Assembly (NCBI GenBank): GCA_977030845.1
Contig: OZ365112.1
Span: 17,980,001 to 18,044,000 of the forward strand
Direction: 5' to 3'
DNA length: 64,000 nucleotides
Origin: Fimbriosthenelais zetlandica
Lineage: Eukaryota
A model generated the notes under the pieces. It had not been told where the DNA came from and ran no database searches. It was given only the letters and a program-made list of their open reading frames with translations. A program made the translations under genes and the position numbers. Numbering within the stretch: the stretch's first letter is position 1; each line of letters opens with the position of its first letter. Below are positions 1 to 12,481 of the stretch, in pieces.

Positions 1-399
1 AAGCATTGACTGACCCTCCCCCATTGATCCGTTCATATTCAGGGTTCTCCTGTGTTGTCCAGTCTTCCTAAATTCTAAAATGTTGTAATATATGTCGTTT
101 CAGAAAGTGATATATATGTATTGTTTTGTAATTAAGTGACATCTAGGCCTTGATCGGAAGTGTCATTCTCTCTTGTGATGACAGCATATTTGTCAACATG
201 GTCATCAAGTTTCTATTATTACACTTGTTCAGATGCGTCTCCTTGTGGGGGTGGGTAAATGATATAAACGATTATTTATCCTTGACATAAGAATGGTCAC
301 GTACACTTTGGCAGATGGTTTTACATTATGTAATCATTACCTTACAGGATGATCTTTTCGGCATTGTGGTTTTGAAGCATTAGTTTATGATGTGCAATT

Positions 400-620
400 T
401 CTTTTCATGTTAAATCATAAATTTTACCGCAAACACGACAAAGGCTATTAGGCTTTATCTTGGATCAGAATTTGAAAAGCCAGATTCGTAATGGGCAAAT
501 CCCAAATAGTCCACTTAACTCTTTTGGAAAATGTAATTTCAAATTACATCTTGTGTCAAACTTAATACGAAAGCTATAAATCCTATACAATCATCGTTTT
601 CTTATTTCCAACAACACCAT
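400..620 (-). mobile_element. Decayed LTR (Gypsy-like) reverse transcriptase fragment
   Basis: The minus-strand reading FQKS*VDYLGFAHYESGFSNSDPR resembles the Gypsy RT C-terminal motif (F...V.YLG..I...G..PDP); it is broken by stops. Confidence 0.3.
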
Positions 621-2287
621 GCATGTGAGTGGCTGCTTCAAAAATTGATTGACTAATAACGTAAATGCTATTAAAAACTAAGGTTTTATTGTGGTGTAAA
701 GGGCATGTTGGCAGTCAGCTTGCAGGGTTATACAATGAGTCTTTAACACATTTGATGATAGAAATCCCCTTTTCATCTTTTTCCATGAATAAGTAAGTGT
801 TGTTCATTCACAGTGAAGACACCAACCTGTATGTGTTTCACTTCTGTATACCTTCGCTGTTTACTAAGTATAGGATACATATGGGCTCATATGTGTGGAT
901 GTGGCTGACAGACTAATGTCTGCAGGAGCTTTGATGACAAATAATGGCATTATATATTCTAAAGGTTAAGTGTTGATAGTCTCAGCGCTAAGCAAAAGTT
1001 TTTCATATATAGACTATTGGAGACATACTTTCAGAGAAATATAGATGATACATATATATATTTTATAATGTTCACCTCAAAAGTCTGTGTAACATATAAA
1101 GATCATTATAAATATGAAGGTTCAGTAGTGGTCTTGTTTTCCGAGCAGTAATACTGCATCTTACCAATAAGACTGCATCCTTTGATGATGAGGCTTGCCT
1201 TTTGGTGGTATATACCTGTGAAACGCCTTCCTAAAATCTAGGAAAAGGACCCATGGCCATTGAGATTTAAAGTTATGTTTAAAATTAACCCATGCTCATA
1301 GGTTATTTTTGAGATAATTAATTTTATTAATCCAACTGGGATTGTTGTTGCTGTCTCGACTTCCCACAGAACTTGGATATGCTACTGAACAGTTACTGGC
1401 GATATGTATGGTAGTGATGCTACTAATTTCTATACGGCCCCATTTAATGTATGCAAATGAAATATGTATATGCTTGATTGTTTCTGAACCTGTCTTTGTA
1501 CTCACTCTCGGCCCGTGTCAACCATTAGTGGGAAATGTTAAGAGGACTGGTATGAGTGCCATGTGAGATTTAAATATATAACCTTGTGAGCAGCTCAGAA
1601 TGCTTTTGCTCGGATATCCTGGCGGAAATATGTTGTTTGAACGATTCCGGTCCACACCAACTATGCATGGTCAATGAAGGCAAGTCAATCAATGAAAAGG
1701 ATCCTTGTCTTCACTGCAATTTTCCTCCCTGGATTTCGGCGCTGGCCACGTTGCTAACATGCATACATGTATATAAAGGGGGGAATATAAAGTGGGAGGA
1801 AGGAAACGGCTTGGAATGCTTTCTATTGTCCACTCCTGTCAAGGGCCATAAAAGGCACCCATGTCCAAGCTGCATTGACTTCAAATCTAATTAAATAGTG
1901 GTATTCTATACACAGTGTCATTCTGGGAACATGTTATTAAGAACGCCATCAATATATTCAAATGAGTTCTGAAAAGTATAGATCGAGGTGATATATCAAG
2001 ACTGATAATTATTGGCCTACCAAATTCAAGTAGACTATTGAGTGGATACTTTTGAGTGAACTTGGGACTGAGATACTCAGCTGGGTTGATAGGTGGGTGT
2101 GATGCTTCAATGATCTGATTGATCTTCCATTGAATTCCAGATGACCACAAGGAGAGGAGGCCGGGCCTCATTTACAGTGTCCCCCACCCACCACCCACCA
2201 CCCACTGGCCTGACCTCTAGCGGAGACGGCGGGCTGCTGGAGACGCGGCCATATTTCCCCGCCTCCCACACACCGTTCACCGTCGCG

Positions 2288-2407
2288 TTTATATTGAGAG
2301 GATCGCGCCCGCCCAGCGACCACTTGTAGTCGGAGATTAGAGAGTGACAACAGACAGGCACACACAAGCGCAACTGGGCCCAGGGAGAAACAAGAACAAA
2401 AGTAAGT
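2288..2407 (+). promoter_or_regulatory. Candidate core promoter and non-coding exon 1 (~2322-2401) of the neuropeptide gene
   Basis: GC-rich block at 2140-2330; TATAT at 2290-2294; Inr-like CCACTT with A at 2322 (~30 nt downstream); 80 nt with no ATG; strong donor AAAA|GTAAGT at 2402. The signal-peptide exon has only 6 nt before its ATG and a good acceptor, so an upstream non-coding exon must exist. Linking the two is inference. Confidence 0.5.
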
Positions 2408-4099
2408 ACAAAACCAGTATCTTCCTTCTTTACACGCCTCCAAGTTGGATATAATTAAAGGGAGGAACTTGTGTGCCACTCAATGGAAAACTTGAAACAG
2501 CTTCCATGGATGGAACTTAATTTTTCAGCATGAACATATTTCCCTTGCAGGTTAGTTTTAAGCAATGCATTGACCAGACATGTTTATGAACCAGGACTGA
2601 AAAGGGGAAAAAGTAGAAAGGGAAATCAGAAAATATACTTGGATCAGGTTCAGAGTGTCTCATGGTGAGATAGTTGATTTGTCCTGAGGGGGATTTTCTT
2701 AGCTGCATTGTGAAAATGCGTGTGTGGAAGAGGCGACGGGTGTGTATTTCATGAATTCATTATATATTTATAATCTTTATAAATAGTGGAGCCTCGGGGC
2801 AGTGATAGGGATAACAACTGTTAGAGTTTGTTCTGAAATGTTGAAAAAGTTGTGCCAATCACATTTAAAGCTACTTCTTAATTGATATTATTGGACTTAA
2901 AGATCATGAAGTTCATTGAAGAAATTCTGCTCAGAACTGATTGATCCTTGATGCTTAGCGATCGTCTATTCCCTGGGAAAATGAACACAGAGGAAATGTT
3001 ATAGGGAAGAACAATGCCTGTATGTACACTGTATGCCGTTACAATTGAGGGAACATCGTCAGCATCTATTTCATTTCCCACGTATCTATTAAAATGACGC
3101 AGGTGCCAAGTTCGAGTCTCCAGCTTCGAATATACTGATTTTAGGGGGATACTTGGCAAGCTTAACCTATGTTGTTTAGACTAATATCAACACATATTTC
3201 CGGCCTATCTCGAGGAGTGCCTCCTCTGTATTTCTCAGTTCCCAGTGTTCACATCACTTTAATTGCTTCCCAAGTCAGAAGCCCACAAAGACATCCTTAT
3301 AGTTCTAATACACAACATACATGTACAAATGAATTGCTCCTGTCTTTATTGTGATCGAGAGTCACGTAAGAGCCATTCTAAAAGAGCATAAGATGTGTGC
3401 CCACAGCGTATTTCCTTCGCTCTGACACAGCTTAGAAATACTGACGGGACATTAAACAAATATTCATTCACTAATATGTCAGAAGGATTATTTTTTTGCA
3501 ATCATTTTATCCCAAGTTCATGCATGCACTCATTTCCAGAATCCTAACAGAACGAATACCGTTCTATTGCATTGATTGGTGGCCTCTAACACTGTTTCTT
3601 AGCAAGATTGAATTGCAATTTATCAAGCACTCTCTTGGGGTTTGTTACGCAATAATACTTTTGATTAAAATTTGATCTTTTTATTTAATGCACTACTAAG
3701 CATGATGTAACGTCCCAGATAAAAGCTCTAATCCATATCTTCCTGTTCATTAGAATAAAGGCCAATTCTAGAAGATAATGCCCTTTACTATAGGATCCCA
3801 TCGTTTCTTGCCTTCCTCTCCAGTTAGTTAGCCCTGCCCTGAGATCCCTCCCCTTCCTCACTGCCCTTAAACCTCCCTCTTATAAATTCCCCCGGGCTTC
3901 GAGTGATAGCAGTCACTAATCACTTATCCACCTGGAATCGAGACAATGCAATTATTGGAGGCTTCCATTTGATGGTGGTTCAGTTTGATATAGATTGAAA
4001 CAATGACGAGACCCATCTCCTAAACTCCGTGGAAGGCACGTGGGGAGATACCCGCGTCAGGAGTGGGGGCGATAGCGTCAGCAGCCCTCAACATAGTCG

Positions 4100-5300
4100 C
4101 CACATCGGTGATGCAAACGACTATGTGAGGCGACGTTCTGCCCAGTAACCATTGGTCCATAGCCACAGAGATGATTGGTGATTGGTCTTCGAGATAGCAC
4201 AGGCTAAATCTATACACATGGAACACTGTTGTATGTTGCAATGCCATAACGCAAATAACCCAAGAAACGGGTCGCCTGCAAATACATTTAAGGCGCCAGA
4301 CCAATCTTGGACAAGAACTCTGTGGCTTCCATATGACCAATCCTTATCTCTAGCAATATCAATGTGTGCAAAAGTAATAAATTTTCTACACTCTTTATGT
4401 ATATCAACCGGATTTCCATTGATACAAATATACTGGGGGTACATACAAATATTCTTTAAGTTGATGGTCCTTCTCTAAAACTGAGAATAATTATCTTCTA
4501 TATAGGACTTAATATAAGGACCCAGTATAGGCCCAGAGGTTTTACCTACTTTTGCTTTAGGCTGGATATCCATCTTGGGAATCTCTGTTTTACCAAGTCA
4601 GCATGAGCAATTTCGATCCATCTTTGATTCTTAAAAGAGAATAACATGTTTTACGCTCCCATCCGTCACTTTTTTGCTTATCTTGATAACAAATCAAATC
4701 TAACAATGGCATGGCTACTGCTGCACAATGCCTTGCCTTGAAAATAACATACCATCGCGTCAGTGGCATTTTCCATCTTCCATCAGAGCATGATTTGCAA
4801 TTGGTACCATTGTGAAGAAGGAAGTAATCTTCTCCAAGTTCAAGCTTTCATTTTCTTCCTGCATGAGCCATCAAGTGATGGGGTTGTGGAAAGTCTCAAT
4901 CAGACATGCTACTTTCGGATTGTGGGTTCTTGACACTTGGTTTTGATTTTTTGTATAAACCCTGGAATCTGATTTCGACCCAAGTATAAGAACAATTTCT
5001 GACTCAATTGGCCCAGTGTACTGAACAACCTTATTTCGCAAAATCAATATGGACTAAAATGTCTCTGGGTAATTCAATGCCTCGCAATTATTTTCCGTTT
5101 TTTTCTCTTTTGTCTTGTTAAAAACTGCCATGCCTTTTACTGTTTGAAACCACCCACAATTCAATTTTATCGGAGACAAGTTGCAAATACTTTTTGGAAG
5201 TACTGTTATCTTATGAGACTATTTCATTGTTAAGTCTCTCATGCCCATGGCTGTGTAATTTCATCTGATGCTCTTCGCTGCACTTCCTTTTAACATTGAG
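4100..5300 (-). mobile_element. Decayed Gypsy-like integrase fragment
   Basis: Minus-strand fragments ILVHIDFA (~5060, cf. W.R.HIDFAGP) and LGPYIKSYIEDNY (~4500, GPY module) occur in the expected order; many stops and frameshifts. Confidence 0.35.
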
Positions 5301-8300
5301 GCAAAGACGTGTTCATATGGCATGTCCTATGGCCAGCCTGCTGATCGTAGAAAGCTTATACAGGGCCCAAAAGGCCGACCATAGCAGCCTCCAACTAATC
5401 AGAAGCCACTGCTTCAAAGCCTAATTACTGTTAGTACAAACTAGCGTCCTGACTAACGACGTGACAGCATGGTGCTTGTGGCTGATGTGGCCCCAGCAGT
5501 GGGCAGGACAGGAAATCAGATGTCTTTAACATGAAGGCAATTGCAGTGGTCAGTGGTAGTGGAAGAGAGGTCACTATCTGGACAAGGGGACTGCCAGGAA
5601 AGGCCCTCACGCAGGCCACGTGCGTCCGCCCTCTTAGCGTCACTCACCCAGTAGGGTTAAGGGATTGAAATGCCCCCGCCCCCACCACCCCCGTATCTGA
5701 TCAATGCATACATATCCCTGCAGACAAACATTGAACATTGAGCAGAGTACACCAATTTGTCCAATTGAAGCTTATAGACAAATTCTCTGCACAAAGAGGA
5801 AGAGTACATGTATAAGGAGGAGTAATTGTATGATTTCTCACATATATCCCTCTTATCTTGTGCTATTTCAAGTCATGTCGACACATTGTAGCTACTTTGT
5901 CTAATACTGATGATCCCGTGTGCAATTTACTTTTTCATTCAACAGAGAACAGACTTCTTAGTATAAAGTGGAAACAGTGACAAAAATGATGTCATTGTCT
6001 TAATGCCTTGAGGGAAGTCACCCCTTGTCTCTCTTTTACTCTGACAACTGAGGTGTGTGACACGTAATTGACTTCTAAATGTGAAACCGTGCGTCAAATC
6101 GAAAGTGAGGAAATACCATCCGCCATTGATGGGACAACTCAAGAACTTCTCATATTTTGAATGTTCAGACAGTGTTTTATGCACCAGTACCATGTTGAAG
6201 AAATGCCAGTATCAACATCTCATTTATTACAAACGAAAATTGACTTCAGTTTTAACGTTTTCAGACATCTTTCAGCCAGACTTTGAGCTGTGGCATGGCT
6301 TTGCTCCTTTGAGGGTTGGGGTCCGCTCTGGAACCAACCTAGACCTCCGCTGCTTCAATGCATACTTTATTCATTGGACAAAAAGAGATTAAAGCATTGC
6401 ATTCCTAGTCACGACCAGGGGCAGCTGTTAAAACATTTTCAAGTTTGCAGCCTGCTGATGAGACTCCTCATTGAAAAAGACTGAGAATTCTCTCTTCTCT
6501 ACTATAGCTATGAATGAACAAGCTGATTCAAGATGTCTGTTCTTCCAAATGGGTTTCATATGTGTATTTTCCTTACAGACTACGGAACACGTATGCCTGA
6601 TACATAAGTTTTGTGCAAGGTCATCTTGTCATTTTCCAATCTCAGAATTTCTAATCGAATGATCATTTCTTCCGTATTACACCGGTAACCCCGCCCGCAT
6701 GTTTGTACATGTCACTAATGTATGTCCGTTGAAAAATATTCTAAGCAAGTTCCTTCTGTCTAGTAAACTTGAGCATGTAATTCTAGTTACTCCCACACTA
6801 TCGGTCGAAATGGAACATTAATACATTTGGGATATGGTAACAACGTTATGGCTACGCCATCTATTTTTTCACTCCTATGCGTCATCCTGATCCTAATCAT
6901 TAATATAGCTTACAAAGGCACACGGGCTTTAATGATGATTATACCATTCGGCTTTTATATACACTGTCTTCTTATATGCGATTGAACGGAAAAAGTATGA
7001 AGAGGAACCCGAGACAGTAAACAAAGTTTTAGACACGCTTACATGGCCATTACCGATATATGTTAGGGGCATCCCTTCTATTTCTCATTATCATGCTCTC
7101 ACACCTCCAAAAAAATGGTTTGTCTTCTCACACCCACAGAGAAAGGAATATTGAGCCTAGCGCTGACCTGATGGCAAATGCCAGCTTATGAGGAAATGTG
7201 AGAACTCTGTACAGGGGCACAAATAGAGCTGTCCACGAAAGAGTTGCTTCTGAAAGAAACTATATCATACCCATACCGGCTTTCCCTGCCGCTGAATGCG
7301 CTTGTCTGTAGAACTCTTCCTCCTACGACCTTTCTCTTTCTTAGGCTTATGTGTATACTGAAATCCCTGTTCGAATGGGATTGGATGCAGGATGCAGGCA
7401 TTGGAATATTTGCCATTTGAAATAAGACATGTAAACGTTTTTCGCCACTCAAAACTAATATGTTGGCATTGACGAAGGAAGAGAAAATGCCATGAATTGT
7501 CTGTTCTTATATAAGCAATTTCTTCATCTTAGATTAGCAATATTGTCTCGCAAGTTTTGCAATAATTTTGACTGCAGAGAATTACTAATCTATTTGTCAG
7601 TATTCCGAGGGAGAGTTTTAAAGTGATGCTTGACTTCATGCAGCATGATTTGCGTGTACGCTGCAGCACCTTGCTGCTTTGCAACATCGACTTGTCGACA
7701 TACTTAATATATGTCTAGAAGTCTGCATACTTCACTAAGTGCCTGATAGTTTAAAAACCTACAATAAAGCTTGGAAGATTAATATGCTTTGCAGCCTTTG
7801 CTGTGCCAGCAATACTGCACAATCCCACAATATGAAGAGTGAATCCTGTAAAAGTTTGCTGAGGCATTTCTGAGTAGTTTCCCAAAAGCTAGCACGTTGT
7901 CCTATATGAACAGATTTACCATTCTGTTAGTTAACCAGTGTGCCGACGTATTCAGCCAGTAGGTCACCTTTTAGAAGGACATTCACATTGCTAATTCAAC
8001 TTTAAAGGAAACTGTCTCTGATAGGGGGAGTATTCTCAGGTAGTCAGATTTGTACTTCATGCTGTCAGGGATGGGCTGACAAACGTGACTGTCAGAGAAC
8101 CCGGTCCCTTAATCACAGACCCATTGTATTTGTCCCATGGGGATCCTGCACGAGCAATGGCCTGAAAGGACTCCAAATGAAGAGGAGACCAAGGCAGGTC
8201 ATTGATGATGTGTGAAGAGAAGTGCATGAGACCAGGGATCTTGGCCTCCCTTGCCCTCAAAGCTTTATCTCTTTAATGGAAGGACATGCAAAGACATTGC

Positions 8301-9329
8301 AGTGGTAACATGCTGATTAGGTACGCTGGCATGTGGTGCATGCTCAGCCGAGATATACTGTCCCTGTGTCTATCTAGGAACCTCAACTTTTGCCAATAGT
8401 GTGTATATACACTCAAATACATGCAGAAACTTCTTTTATCCAAGTGGGTATAGATATTTTAACTCTTCTTCAGATCTCTCAGACAGTATTCAGTTAAATA
8501 CCTTCTTTGCCATTGTCTTTGTCCTTTATCTATCTAAATTTACACCAATATTAACCCCGAGTGGATTTCCCTGTAAAGCCCTGTATACTATAAGGATGAT
8601 CTTCGAGCACCTGAGACCGTGGAATATGTCATTCTAAATCCCAAAGAAAAAGGGTGTTGCATTAGGATGGATTAAGGTTTTAGGAGAAGCTGTATGAGGG
8701 ATAGTGTGAAATGTAAAGGGTATAAGGCCTGGGCCCCCTGCTTGTGTAATGTGGACATAACTATATCATAACTCAGTCGATTTCTGTTGAATATTTCACA
8801 ACATATTCCTATAGAAAACTTTTATACTTTACTCTATGTATACAACCTTTACATATAATGATCGAGTATCCTTAGCCCCCATCACAGAGAGACAACCATG
8901 CATTAATTAAGTCATTGTGCAATAATTAAATCTGTGGAGAGGATTCCCCAAGGTAGCATTACAGCTCAACATGACTAAAATACTGATGTAAAAACAAGAG
9001 CTTCAGTTCATTATGGAGGTATTTCTGACTTACTTCTCCCATATATCCTCTCCAAATGAATGCCAATTATCTCCGGTTTTTCTTGGAATGATTTTTAAAC
9101 GAAGTTAATACGATTTATCCCCATATAAATGCGACCCAAATCCATACATAACTCTATAGGGGGAAGGAAACGATTTCAGCGTGAGATTTTGTCTGCCTGA
9201 AGGAGTGACTTTTTCAGCATTTAGGGAAGTTGAATAGCCAACCTTAGTACCTTTCAACCAATTGTCAATGCTGAAACTTTCTTGTTTAAATCATTGTCGA
9301 TAAGCGTTGGATATAATATTCATAGTCCC

Positions 9330-9470
9330 GCTCGTAAGCAGCACCTTTTCGAATTAAAGCATGAAATTTGGAATACATGTAGAATTCATTTGTGAATGAA
9401 TCAATATCAGTGGCAGATCCCTCTCAAAATCCAAGATGACCGCCATCTTGTATTATCAATTCTCATTTTG
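9330..9470. repeat. Probable non-autonomous DNA-element fragment
   Basis: Contains ATGAAATTTGG...AAAATCCAAGATGACCGCCATCTTG, a motif string I recognise from invertebrate non-autonomous repeats; ends not defined. Confidence 0.3.
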
Positions 9471-10379
9471 GGGACATAACGTAACAACAATTAGAGATGC
9501 CAACATATTTAATTATACTTCATTAACAACTATTTAACTATTTAACTGTTATATATGAAAATGTTTTCTTATTTTATATTCCTTTATTTATCGCTTCAGC
9601 CCTGATACGGACAGGTGCGACATCTCCTTAAAGGGCCCTTCTTGGCACCCTCCGACTGTCAGTCCAACACTCATAATTTAAGGTAATTCTTGGAATGAAT
9701 TTCATTACCAACCCTTATAGGGAAAATTAAGGAAAGAAAGACTTTTATTAGCGTTTTATCTTCTTTTTGAATGAATGCCCCAGATGTAATTCTGCCAGAA
9801 ATCAATTTGCTAATTCTTATATTTGCATTAATTCCTGATTATCAGCAGAAAATATAATAATGGAGCTCCCAATTCTATCCCATTTTGCCTCGGTCTTCCT
9901 TATTTTTCTTGACTGGCTTAAGATCCTACATCCACCGAATAAGTGCAGGCTTTATCACTGAATACCTATATAATCCTCATTTACAACCAACACAAGCATG
10001 AGCAACATTAACAGTACACGACTTTTTGGCAATATTCTTCATTGAAAGTAAAGCCACGGTTTTTTTTATTGATGGAATAGTGAATGGCATTCCTGCATGA
10101 TATCGTTGCTCGGGGTTGACTTGAATGTAAATCTTGTCACGTGGTCGTAGATGACAATGGTAGGAGATAAATATGCTATAGGCTTCCGTAGGCTCAGCCA
10201 GGGATGATTTATCCCTCACTGCATCCATCAAATAAGAGAATATGGCGGAGATTTATAACCAAGTCAAACCCATAAAAGAGCAGATAAATGCCCGTTATTC
10301 ATGGATTACTTTCAATCCTCCTGGATCTTATGATTACCTGGCAAAACTCGGTTGACCCACGCAAAGGAAGAAATTGGAA

Positions 10380-10900
10380 GTACTGCTGCTCACATATCTT
10401 TAGAACAACTTCCTTATATAAACAGGGGGAAACGGAAGACAATTTATCGAACAATCGTACCGTTTAATGCCTCATATTTACGGGGATGTATGGCCTAACT
10501 TTAAAAGGAAAAAATGATGGAAACCATGAAACGAAAGACAGACCCTCCTTTAGTTCTTCGATTGCCATTCTTTGCCTAATGTCGTGGAATGAATTATGAT
10601 GGTCAGGGCCTCCAGGTGCATGTTAAATTTGCGTGAGAATGTTCATGCTTCACCATCTCTACCCACATGTTCTTCTCTCCTCTAAGTCCTGTTTTCTATT
10701 GATAATCCATATCCGGAGTTGAATCCGGTTAGTTTAAGAAGATCCTGTTCGTGTTTTATTATCAATTGTCGAAAGATTGATATCAATGGAATCAACTTGA
10801 CAAATGTGGCTAAAGAAAAGGTCAGTTTCCAAGAAGCTTGGATCTGTGCTAGAATCAGAGACCCATTCATTTTGAAGTTTGGATTTTTACTGTTGAGAAA
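10380..10900 (+). mobile_element. Decayed non-LTR (LINE, RTE-like) reverse transcriptase fragments
   Basis: KTIYRTIVP..Y (~10440) and KIDINGINLTNV..F[frameshift]KKLGSVLES (~10770-10860, cf. FKYLGS). The order is non-canonical, suggesting two pieces. Confidence 0.35.
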
Positions 10901-12481
10901 TCTCTTGTGATGACTGTAAAGGTTACTTCCTCATTAAATTGGACACAAACGTCACTGACTCTAGCTGATATTTTCTTTTTATTCTCAGATAAAAAATCTA
11001 AATGCTTTTAATCGTGATTTTTAGCCACGCATGCCAAACTTTGTTCTTGTCACTATGTTTAATAGTCCGCAATGTTTATAAATTACCGTCCTGGCAAACA
11101 CTTGACCGGCAGCACCATTTGCTCATTGCTCATGATAATATCAGTTCTCTTTGCCGTTATAATTGTGTAAATCATGCAGGGTAGATTTACTTTGTCATAC
11201 CTGAAGCTTCGCTGATCAAAGGTTTGATATCATAGAGATAATACACAAGCTCAGAAAGTAAGACAACCTTTCAGACCATTCAGTCCACATTGATGACACA
11301 TTCCTCACCCTTGGTTAAGGGCACTCCGGCTTAATGAAATATCCTAACATGTGGCTTGACATTGACTGCAGTTGTCCGATGAGATAAGGAGCACCATGCG
11401 ATAATGTAATTTGCTCCCGGGCTGAGGGCTGAGGTTATCACTACAGACATTGACTTCTTGTATATCAGATGGGCAGGTGGTGGAGGTGAACAGTCGATAA
11501 GCCTGGTCGTATTGAACTTGTCAAGGCTAGAGCATAGCTCTCATATCTGAATGAGAGATGTCATTGAAGGTCACAATACCTGGAGGCCATCTCTCAGCTT
11601 CAACCTACTCCTAAGCAATGCTGAGAGCTTTTCCATTTTCAAAGGGGACATTCTCACCCCTCATGTGGGTACATGGATAAATTGATTACCTGATGGTTCA
11701 AGCCCACAGAAATTGTGTAGTATAGTTCCCTATTAGCCATAGCGGCATAAACATAGTGAGTGAAGAAGAAGGCATATTTTTTAAGGTATTAGAAGACCCC
11801 GGGTTAGCATAGGTCTGAGTAAAGCATTGGATTATGATGCTAGTCATTGACAGCCTTCAGGCATTGGATAAGACAAAGCTTTTATAGCTTCTTGTTTCTT
11901 TTATGAGTCCTCCATTAGCAGTTAGCATTGTAGGATGTCTAATAATCGAGGTGATCCAGTCTCCTTACCGTCTAATGTGATTGCCTTTGAAAACGCTGGT
12001 ATGGAAGGAGAAAGGCAGTTGGAATCAGCACATTGATACCAAGAAATTATGTAATTTCCAGTAAAGGCACGATATATTAAGTTAGTTGATCAAGGTGAGT
12101 CACCTCGCAGTTCTTCTACAAGGATCAGCTCAATTATTAAGACACCACATAAGATCGAGGAGCACTGGCCTTCAGTGTTCCTATGATCAACACCGGCCTT
12201 TCACCAAACCTTCTTGTGTGGGAAACTGCTGGATGCCCCGCATAGACAATGAGTATTGGGAAACAGTCGAGTCAGCTGCATGTTCCTATTTCATATATAC
12301 TTACTGTCAAGTATTCAAATGAAGAGAGCCTGATCAGTCAAGTAGAGATTGCCAGAGGTAGAAGGCTGTCCCTGCGAAAGAGAAAAAATAATTGAGAATA
12401 TAATGCCAATTGAAAATAATCCTTCACCTATATTCTGTTGCCGCTCGTTCTTACCTGTTTCTCTTTTCGTTTCAGATTGCC

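Noticed and set aside
3875-3960. TATAAAT plus Inr-like GCAGTC as an alternative neuropeptide promoter
   Set aside because: No strong downstream donor, and it lies next to a Gypsy relic, so an LTR remnant or chance is more likely.
11002-11184. Acceptor plus hydrophobic ORF (MLLIVIFSH...) as an alternative signal exon
   Set aside because: Poor signal-peptide pattern and no convincing phase-1 donor.
11250-12300. Possible DIRS RT/RNase H relic on the minus strand
   Set aside because: Resemblances (VCSDN, HLDY) are too short and scattered across frames.
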